Of a DNA stretch of 64,000 bases, positions 10,025-18,105 are shown one piece after another; positions within the stretch are counted from its first letter, which is position 1; each line of letters starts with the position of its first letter. A model generated the notes under the pieces. It was not told the DNA's origin, did not search any database, and worked only from the letters and a program-made list of their open reading frames with translations. A program made the translations under genes and the position numbers. The stretch comes from a virus, in IMG/VR virus record IMGVR_UViG_3300021961_000040, positions 1 to 64,000 of that record; one strand, written 5' to 3'.

Positions 10025-10789
10025 ATGCGTATAAAAAGAAAAATACTTAGGCAGATAATTTTAGAAGCAATAGCAACAACCAGACAAGGAACCATAGCAG
10101 TTAAAGGAATGATGCCAACAAGACAGTACCCAGAAGCAATTATGGTTACTCTAGAAGATACTAAAAAACTTATAAAGGCTTTGAGCGTTACTTCTAAGTA
10201 TAAAACAAAACCACAATACATATGGAAAGATTCAAAAGCAGGAGCTTCTGAAAAACTATACACAGTAGGCGAGTTAACAAATGGAAATGGCGATCCTTTT
10301 ACATACAACAAGGAAGGCAATAAATACAGAGTTATTTCTGGCCCAGAGCCAAAAACAATAGGAAAGCTTTTTACAATGGATCCTCCCCCGTCTATTAATA
10401 CAAATAATTTAGAAGCAGGAGGTACAGAAGTTTCTGCCAGACAAAATGTTTTAGATATGACAATGGAAGAATACAGAGAATTTTTAAATCCAAATCAAAA
10501 AAATATCTTTGATAATTGGCCAATATTTGCCACAAATGCAAAAAAAAGAGTTTTAGATTGGTTTTCAAATGATGCTGAAATAATTAGAAAAGATATGGAA
10601 GGACAGCAAGAAGCTGCCATTTATGTAAAAGACAACCCAAGAAAGGCCGGAGCTTTTAGAGCACCTATAAATCTAATAGATGCCTATGCAAAAGGTCCTG
10701 ATGATCCAGAAGCATTTGAAGAAGCCTTAAAGACAGCGTTAGACTCAATTATGACAGATGAGCTTCGTAGTTCCTTAAAAGAAGATTGA
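10025..10789 (+). CDS. Hypothetical protein with shared N-terminal leader motif
   Basis: MRIKRKILRQIILE; AGGAG RBS. Confidence 0.65.
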   Translation: MRIKRKILRQIILEAIATTRQGTIAVKGMMPTRQYPEAIMVTLEDTKKLIKALSVTSKYKTKPQYIWKDSKAGASEKLYTVGELTNGNGDPFTYNKEGNKYRVISGPEPKTIGKLFTMDPPPSINTNNLEAGGTEVSARQNVLDMTMEEYREFLNPNQKNIFDNWPIFATNAKKRVLDWFSNDAEIIRKDMEGQQEAAIYVKDNPRKAGAFRAPINLIDAYAKGPDDPEAFEEALKTALDSIMTDELRSSLKED

Positions 10790-10791
10790 AA

Positions 10792-10820
10792 TTGTAAAAT
10801 ATAAAAAACATTCATATAAT
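10792..10820 (+). promoter_or_regulatory. Sigma70-like promoter (TTGTAA-N17-TATAAT)
   Basis: One of many copies with exact 17-nt spacing. Confidence 0.7.
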
Positions 10821-10839
10821 AAAACTTTAAGGAGTAAAT

Positions 10840-11835
10840 ATGAATGTTTTTATTACAGGCGAAAAAGGGTTTATCGGAAGAAACCTTGTCAAAAAATTAC
10901 AAGAGTTTGGATTTAATCACGTATCTTCAAATGCAGAATTTAAAACACCAAATGAAATCAATCTAATTTTTCATAAACCCGGTGAGCTTTGTGTTCACCA
11001 AAATGATATTTATACCTGGAAAGAGTTTTTTTATCGTACCAAAGTTGATGTTGTAATACACAATGCTGCTGTCGTTGGAACTGATGTGGTCGCACTTAAC
11101 GCAAGTGAAGCAACATTAACCAATGTTGCTGGTACTTACAATATTTGTCGTGCAGCTAAAGGCATGGGGATTCCTGTTTGCTATATGGGCACAACTGTCA
11201 TCTATGACGTCGCCAAGTATCAAGAAGTTGATATAACAGAGACTTCTATTACGGGCCCAACAACTCTTTACGGATGCCAAAAGTTATGTGCTGAAGATAT
11301 TGTTAAAAGCCAGTCAGGAAACCGATGGATGATTGTGCGTCCTCTCTTTGCTTACGGCGGCGATGGCGACATGAACTCTCTTATCGCAAAGACTGTGTAT
11401 GGCAGTTTAAATAACCGCAGTGATATTGACATGTTCTTAGATAAAGAAAAGATAAAAGATTACATGCATGTTGATGATTACTGCGACGCAGTCTTAACTG
11501 CTATTAAGATGAAGCTGTGGAATGATGACTGGAATGTGTCCGCTGAAACGCCTATGAATACTGGCGAAATCATGACTCTACTTTCTAACATGCTGGAGGA
11601 AGAACTAGGCGTTTCTTCAAATGTATTGACTTGGCACCCAGAAACTGATTATCTGGGTAATCACCGTTTATCTTCAAGAAAGTTCAGGGCAATCTCTGGC
11701 TGGGAACCAAAAATCTCTCTTGAAGAAGGTATTCGTAGAACAATTAGAGAAATTAGAGAAAGCGAAGGTTATGACCCACTTGTCCACCTTGATGAGGCAA
11801 AAGACAAAGGTGTGGACTTGACAGACTTTTATTAA
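10840..11835 (+). CDS. NAD-dependent epimerase/dehydratase (extended SDR)
   Basis: ITGEKGFIG, HNAA, YGCQK (YxxxK), DYMHVDD. Confidence 0.85.
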   Translation: MNVFITGEKGFIGRNLVKKLQEFGFNHVSSNAEFKTPNEINLIFHKPGELCVHQNDIYTWKEFFYRTKVDVVIHNAAVVGTDVVALNASEATLTNVAGTYNICRAAKGMGIPVCYMGTTVIYDVAKYQEVDITETSITGPTTLYGCQKLCAEDIVKSQSGNRWMIVRPLFAYGGDGDMNSLIAKTVYGSLNNRSDIDMFLDKEKIKDYMHVDDYCDAVLTAIKMKLWNDDWNVSAETPMNTGEIMTLLSNMLEEELGVSSNVLTWHPETDYLGNHRLSSRKFRAISGWEPKISLEEGIRRTIREIRESEGYDPLVHLDEAKDKGVDLTDFY

Positions 11836-11846
11836 AAATTTACAGA

Positions 11847-11875
11847 GTGTAAACTTAAGCCTCACATTTTATAAT
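11847..11875 (+). promoter_or_regulatory. Sigma70-like promoter for the dnaE locus (GTGTAA-N17-TATAAT); -10 lies in the loop of a terminator-like hairpin
   Basis: Exact motif; stem AGCCTCAC/GTGAGGTT followed by T-tract. Confidence 0.7.
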
Positions 11876-11904
11876 AAGTGTGAGGTTTTATTTTTAGGAG
11901 TATA

Positions 11905-11982
11905 ATGAGTATTTTTGACATTAAAGCGCCAACTCGCTTCGTAGGTCTTCACGGCCACACAGGTTATTTAGTATCTTCGTGA
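11905..11982 (+). pseudogene. Original, orphaned DnaE N-terminus MSIFDIKAPTRFVGLHGHTGY-LVSS*
   Basis: AGGAG RBS plus promoter; encodes the PHP HxH motif, then diverges after Tyr21 at the insertion point. Confidence 0.8.
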
Positions 11983-12013
11983 ATACCTAATATTAGTTAA
12001 GCTCGGAGAAAAT

Positions 12014-12940
12014 ATGCCAAATTATGTCAAAAACAAATGTGTAATATGTGAGTCTGAATTCGAAATACTATACAAGAAAAGATCGAAAAAAACATGTTCC
12101 AAAAAATGTAGTTACAAGCTTAGAAACAAGACTAGATACACAAAGCACGAACCACTTGAAAAAACATGCAAAACATGCAAAATTTGCAATCAAGTTTTTC
12201 AAGATACGTCTAAGAAAAAATTAGTTGATACATGCGCTGAATGTGTTCGCAAAAAAATGGTTTCAACAAGAAAAAACAAAGGTTCTTATACGAGAACTGA
12301 AGAACAAAATAAAAAATTATCTGAAACATTAAAAAAGAAGTATGAAGATGGATGGAACCCTAATACTAAAGAACATAAAGAAAAACTTTCAAAGATAATG
12401 AAAAATGCTTGGGCTTCTGGTGATTTTAAAAGAAAGTCTAAAGAAACATGTCTCCAAAAATATGGAACTGATCATTGGATGAAGACCGGTGAAGCAAAAC
12501 TAAAATTTTCTGATATTTTTACAGGTAGAAAGTTTTCTATAGAGACAAGAAAGAAAATGTCAAAATCTGCAGCCGAAAGAATTCGAACAGGAAAATGCAA
12601 ACTTAATTCAAATGGCAACGGATATTTTAGAAAAGACTTAAACTGCTATTTTAGAAGCAACTGGGAAGCAAATTTTGCTAGAATATGCAATTATGAAAAT
12701 TTAAATTGGCAATATGAACCTGATACGTTTTTTCTTAAAAGTGGAAAAACATACACGCCTGATTTTAAAATAGACAATGTGTACTACGAAATAAAAGGAA
12801 GCTGGCTCGGTGAAGCTTTTGAAAAGTTTCAAAATTTTAAATTAGAAAATAAAGAGTGCAAAATTGAGTTAGTAGATGGTAAAATATATCAGCTACTAAG
12901 AAGTAAATATAAAAACTTAATTAACTGGGAAGGTAAATAA
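12014..12940 (+). mobile_element. Free-standing homing endonuclease (Cys-rich Zn and NUMOD-like DNA-binding repeats plus PD-(D/E)xK nuclease) inserted in the dnaE 5' end
   Basis: CxxC repeats, KKLSETLK / ETRKKMS repeats, FRSNWEANFA...YEP...YTPDF...EIKG. Confidence 0.8.
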
Positions 12941-14664
12941 TGACAAAAAGGAGTTCCGAGAACCCTGTGTCTATGATTGCTCCTCCGACTCGTTTCGTTG
13001 GGCTTCATGGGCACACAGGGTTCTCCTAATAATCTGTATTCGATGGACTAGGTTACCCTAAGGATCACATTGATTTCGTGCTAGAAAATGGCATGGATGC
13101 TTGGGGTTTAACAGATCACGGAAACGGTAGCGGTTTGGCACACGCTCACAAGCATGCAACCAAGATTCAAAAGAGTGGTCGCAAGTATCGACAGATTTAC
13201 GGTTGCGAGTTTTATTTTGTTCCTTCGCTTTCGGGCTGGAAAGAAGAATACGATCAGGCAAAAATCGATCGATCACTTGAAAAGCAAAAGGCACTTAAAG
13301 AAGATGATGACGCAGGTCACGTTATTGAGAACGAAGATGAAACCAAGACTGTTGATATTACAAAAGACGAATGGAAACGACGTTATCACCTGGTGATCAC
13401 TGCACAAAACCGTGAAGGTTTAGGCAATTTGTTTACTCTGATCAAACGTGCGTACACAGAGGGATTCTATCGGTATCCCCGAATTGACTTCGATCTTCTC
13501 AAGCAACACGGCAGAGGCCTCAACGTCTCAACTGCTTGCTTAGGCGGTATCTTCTCTAATCGAATCATGCGCGGAAATGCATTAGGCAAATCGGACGCCG
13601 AAATTCAAGCTGAACTTATGCAGCTGTCTGATCGCTTTGTTGATGCTGTAGGTGAAGAAAACTTCTATCTTGAGCTGCAGTTTAATCGACTTAAGCAGCA
13701 GCATCTTGTCAATCATCATCTTCTTCGTCATGCTGATGAAACAGGAATTAATCTTATCGCAACTCCTGATTCTCACTATTATAATCCAGATAAATGGGAA
13801 GCAAGAGAGCTATATAAAAAGCTAGGCTGGATGGGGAATGATCCTTCGCCACTTCCTGAATTTGAAGACTTGAAGTGTGAACTCTATCCTAAAAATGCAC
13901 AGCAAATGTGGGATGAATTTACAAGGCATTACGATGAATATAAAGAAACGTATGAAGGATATGAGCAAGTCGTTAAAGACTCAATTGAAAGAACCCATGA
14001 CATTGCTTGGGAGAAGTGCACTGACTGTTGGATTGATACTAGTGTTAAGCTACCTGATTTTAACAAACCAGATCAGACGGCTTTTCAGCAGCTGGCGCAA
14101 AAAGTTAAGACGGCTTTGGTAAAAGAAGGTCTTCATACTAAAGAAGAATACGTTGAACGCGCCAAAATGGAGTTGGCTGATATCAAGTTTCTTGGCTTTG
14201 AAAACTACTTCTTGGTTATGAACGAAGTCTTCCACAAGGCAGCTGATCATACATTGTTCGGAAGCGCCAGAGGAAGTGGCGGAGGTTCTCTAGTCAACTA
14301 TCTTCTTGGCATTACTCAAATCGATCCACTCAAATATGACCTTCTTTGGGAACGATTTCTTGGAAGGCACAGATGTGTAGATCCGACCACATATATCATC
14401 TCTAAAAGCGGCAAGAAGATGATCAAAGACGTTGAGCTTGGAGAAAAGGTTCTTACGCATACAGGTGAATTCAAGCCAGTAGTTGACAAAGAAGAAGCTG
14501 TCCATGACATGGCTATCAAGATTAAATTCAAAGGACAAGAAATCTTGTGTTCACCTAATCATAGATGGGTCATTGACAGGGGTGGAAAACAGATCGAAGT
14601 CATGGCTTGTCATCTTCTAAAAGGTGATAAACTAATTAAGTATTCTAATGGAAAGTGTCTATGA
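12940..14664 (+). CDS. dnaE: DNA polymerase III alpha N-part (PHP domain plus start of palm) with N-intein; in-frame TAA TAA at 13027-13032 proposed to be bypassed
   Basis: ATG overlaps the HEG stop; FVGLHGHTGFS**SVFDG, TDHG, GCE, YHLV, TACL, PDSHY, RGSGGGSLV, LLWERFL. Confidence 0.85.
12958..13035 (+). promoter_or_regulatory. Candidate translational bypass signal: long hairpin ending at take-off codon TCC, gap TAA TAA, landing codon TCT
   Basis: GAGAACCCTGTGT (12958-12970) is the exact reverse complement of 13013-13025; inner stems CTATGA/TCATGG and CCGAC/GTTGG. Confidence 0.65.
14374..14661 (+). other. Split intein, N-fragment (96 aa)
   Basis: Starts CVDPTTYI (block A); GEKVLT; CSPNHRW (block B); LLKGD; then stop. 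Confidence 0.9.
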
Positions 14665-14858
14665 GTGAAAGATTTAATACATGCCCAAAATGTGGAGAAA
14701 TACAGTATGATGACAATATTGTCGAAGCTCACAATCCAGACACATGTGATGATAATATGAATGTTACACTTCGATGCAATAAATGTAATCACATCTGGGA
14801 GGGATGGGTAACTTCTCCTCACTATGAGAACATGCGATATCGAGGATGGATTCGATAA
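14661..14858 (+). CDS. Small Zn-ribbon protein
   Basis: CPKC...CNKC; ATGA overlap. Confidence 0.6.
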   Translation: MSERFNTCPKCGEIQYDDNIVEAHNPDTCDDNMNVTLRCNKCNHIWEGWVTSPHYENMRYRGWIR

Positions 14859-14960
14859 AGTTTGCTACGCCAGTCTCTTTAACAAAGAGGCACATAATAT
14901 CATGTTGAAAAAATACATTAAGTAATAATTACTCCTAATAATTTAAATTACATTTATAAA

Positions 14961-15281
14961 ATGATCGACCTAGACAAACTTCTTGCGCTTGATAAGCCAG
15001 AAACTAAACACAGAATGATTGATTATCTCTTCGCAAGAATTGACGATCAACTCTTTACAGAGAACCACGATCCTATCCACGAATTTCTAAAAGAGATAGA
15101 TCTTGATAAGATCTCGATTCAACTTGGAGTGGGGATCCTGTCAATCACAAAACCTCTCGGTAGGTGTGATAGTCGCATTATCTTCTCTTCGAGATTTAGA
15201 AAAAAGATTACAAAAACAGAACCAAGAGAACGAGTAGAAAGGCTTTTGTCTGGACTAGAAGAGAAGGAGAGCGAAGAATGA
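14961..15281 (+). CDS. Hypothetical protein
   Basis: ORF track. Confidence 0.55.
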   Translation: MIDLDKLLALDKPETKHRMIDYLFARIDDQLFTENHDPIHEFLKEIDLDKISIQLGVGILSITKPLGRCDSRIIFSSRFRKKITKTEPRERVERLLSGLEEKESEE

Positions 15282-15457
15282 TCACTATTAAAAAAGGTCA
15301 CCCACTTTATTCGTTGGTCAAAGCAATGAATGAGGATGAATATTCTGAACCCATTATTAAAGAGTCTGAAACGGGCGAAATTATAGTTTATACAGGGCTG
15401 GTTAAGAAGGGGCAAAAATATGTTCCCGGATCTTCCGGCCAATTGAAGGGAAAATGA
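15278..15457 (+). CDS. Hypothetical protein (59 aa, not in the ORF track)
   Basis: AGGAG RBS, ATGA overlap, MITIKKGHPLYSLVKAMNEDEY... Confidence 0.5.
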   Translation: MITIKKGHPLYSLVKAMNEDEYSEPIIKESETGEIIVYTGLVKKGQKYVPGSSGQLKGK

Positions 15458-15500
15458 GTGGTAAAAATTGCATAAAATAAAAACACAAAGAAAGGTAATA

Positions 15501-15698
15501 ATGAATCCTTCATTGCAGCGTCGAATTGAGAAGTTGGGGTTTGTTCCCGGATCAAGAAATGCAACAGAGTGGGCTGTGTCTCAACTTGAGTTAATTCACA
15601 GTTTACTAACGTCAGAAAAGTATGTCATTCTTAATCTTGCAGATTTAAATCATCACGTCATAGAACTAAAAGAAATCTTGAAAAGAGAGGAAAAATGA
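15501..15698 (+). CDS. Hypothetical protein
   Basis: AAGG RBS before ATG 15501. Confidence 0.5.
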   Translation: MNPSLQRRIEKLGFVPGSRNATEWAVSQLELIHSLLTSEKYVILNLADLNHHVIELKEILKREEK

Positions 15699-16055
15699 AA
15701 GCATCAAAAATTTTGGTACGTTATTTCGAAGAAAAACTTAAGCGCATTGATCCGAGTACTGTCAGTCTTAGTGAAGACGACTTCGAGGATGCACTTGATG
15801 AGTTTATGTACGAAAATCGTAAAGGTCATTTTCAAACCAATATTCGCAGTCTATTCTCGACATTATGAATCTTATAGCGTTGGCGTAAAAGTGAACATCC
15901 CGGAATACAACGGGTACATTGGTTGGACATATTGGTATGGCGGTGGGAAACATGGAAACCCAGAAGAGATTGAATGGGTAAGCGATGCATATTTTCTTAA
16001 TCTAGAAAAAGAAGAAGAAATTACGATTATTAAAAGAACTTTTTCTAAAGAGTAA
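15695..16055 (+). pseudogene. Frameshifted phage hypothetical gene
   Basis: Frame 1 MKASKIL...QTNIRS stops at 15868; frame 2 continues YSRHYES...GWTYWYGGGKHG; shift near 15851. Confidence 0.55.
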
Positions 16056-16270
16056 AGAGAGTGAAGGTAGAATTCGATGCGTGAATCTGCTTGTCCTGCT
16101 AAGATTAATCCTTCTTTAATTATTAGTAGAAGTTCTTTCTGCGTTATTCTTATTTTATTCCCCATTCTTTGCTAATAACTATTTCATTCACATTCTATTG
16201 TTTGATCTTGCGTAAGAAAGTTGATTGTATATATTGTGTGTAAAAAAATAATATGCAATTGTGAAAGTCA

Positions 16271-17845
16271 TCAAAGTATAATTTCAAAAATTGAATTTGT
16301 ACATCCATAGATCTTAGAGACGTTAGCTTTTTTAGCAACGTCTTTTTCTGTTAGACCTCTAGCTTTGTCTGCTTTAAATTTAAATCTATCAAATCTTTCA
16401 CTGAAGTTTGTCCACCAAAATCTTTTAGCAGTTTCGCCTTTAAACTTCATAAATGATTTGTAACAATACCCACCAATTCTATTGTCTGAGTATGTGAAAA
16501 GAGAATTGGCATGATTTTCTTTAGCAATTTTTTTTGCCCCAGAGATTATTTTTGATACTCCTCCGTTAACGTGTGTATTTAAAGCAAAAGACATTCTAGC
16601 GATCTCTAAGACCTTTCTTTTAGAATTCCTTTTCCATCTAAGCGTACATGCCCCTACTATTTCATCTTCGTGTATAATCTTAATTCCAAAGCTTGCCGGA
16701 ACGTAACCGTCAATATGCGTTTTATCGATAAAGTCTTTTAGTTCAATTGGCATGCAATATTCAACTTTGCATTTTCTACCGTGAATTTTTTTGATATTTT
16801 TACTAGCCAGCTTGTGTGCAATCATGGACTTAACAATATTTTGTTTAAACTCCCACTCATCTTGAAATAGAAACCAAAGTTCAATATTTTTTTGCTTTGC
16901 AAGTTGTCGCTTCAGTTCAGATTTATTAGGCTTGCACCTACCAGAAGCTTCGCTATGCCAGTACAAACCATCACACTCAATGCCAAAGTTTTTCTCTGGT
17001 ACGAGTATGTCTATTTCCTTACCACTCAGTGCTAATCTATCATCAACTAAAATGTCAAATCCAAGTGTTTTTATAAAGTCATTAATTTCAAGTTGCCACT
17101 TGCTAGCACACGCCTCCCAGGGCGGGAAACATTTATGACATTTACTACCGTACGTAATCGAATGAAGTGTCTTTTTTGTTTGATGATTACATTCTAAACA
17201 TTCAATAATAATACTGTCTTGATTGCCGCCGTACTTAGACAAAAGTCTGAAGTTATACTTTCTAAGTCTTTCTTCAACGTCTTCACTTTTTAGAATTTTT
17301 GCATTCGATAACGCGATCTTATGCTCTTTTGATAAAGTTTTTCCTTTTTGTGTCAAACTAGACTTTTTAGATCTTTTTGCTATCACTTCGCTTGTCTCAG
17401 AAGTCTTTCCAACTGACCAATGCGAATTTTCTTTATAAAATGTTTTCAATGATTGTGAGATTTTCTTGCTGTTTTCTTTTATATAATCAGTATTTTCTTT
17501 TGTCTTTCCTGACGCGTGGTGACCGCTTTCTTTGTAGAATTTTTTCATTGAGTCACTTGCTTTTTTAATACTAACTGAGTTTTCTTTTGTTTTTCCTTTA
17601 TTCCAGGGAATATGATTGTTCTCTTTGTAGGCCTTTTTTCTACTGCACTTGCCACACAAATTTTTAAAACCTTTTTTCATACTAATAAACTTAAGTGGTT
17701 CTCCGCAATTGCATAATCTTGATGCAGCCGGATTAATTAAGAGGAAGATATCAGAAGCTTCTAGATTGTGTTCTTTTTTAGTGTGTATAGAAAGACCTCT
17801 GCTTGACTTAAAACATTTACTACAAACTGGACACTGAATACTCAT
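16271..17845 (-). mobile_element. Homing endonuclease (C2H2 finger, NUMOD3-like repeats, Zn ribbon, Vsr/EDxHD-like nuclease) between the split dnaE halves
   Basis: CPVC...H...H; PWNKGKTKE repeats; EIDILVPEKNFGIECDGLYWHS. Confidence 0.8.
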
Positions 17846-17917
17846 TAAAACCTCTTGTTATGATCTTACTTTGTTTGCAATACTTATACACTGAAGTGAC
17901 TTGTTTATGAGATTTGA

Positions 17918-17946
17918 GTGTAAATATAAAAAAAAGTTAATATACT
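17918..17946 (+). promoter_or_regulatory. Sigma70-like promoter for dnaE-C (GTGTAA-N17-TATACT)
   Basis: Exact spacing; AAGGAG RBS follows. Confidence 0.7.
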
Positions 17947-17967
17947 ATTACTCTTAAAGGAGATAAA

Positions 17968-18105
17968 TTGCCTCAAGAATTAATTGAAATTGAAGAAATT
18001 GAGTTTATTCCTTACGCAAAAAGTATGATCGATATCGAGGTAGAAGATGACCATACTTTTTTTGTTGCGCAGGATGAAGAAAGCGATTTTGTATTGACAC
18101 ACAAT
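17968..18105 (+). other. Split intein, C-fragment (46 aa), +1 nucleophile Thr
   Basis: IDIEVEDDHTFF (block F), VLTHN|T (block G). Confidence 0.9.

Noticed and set aside
11968-13032. Group I or group II intron removing the endonuclease cassette
   Set aside because: No junction register gives a terminal G (group I) or a GUGYG start with domain V (group II). There is too little non-ORF sequence for a ribozyme core, and splicing would not explain amino-acid conservation of the second N-terminus copy. Not fully excluded without RT-PCR.
13027-13032. Stop-codon reassignment or plain double readthrough
   Set aside because: TAA, TAG and TGA all terminate genes normally across the window; readthrough would insert three residues into the PHP metal-binding motif.
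13078-14664. ORF-track start of dnaE at GTG 13078
   Set aside because: It would omit the HxH and SxxDG ligands that are encoded in frame upstream.
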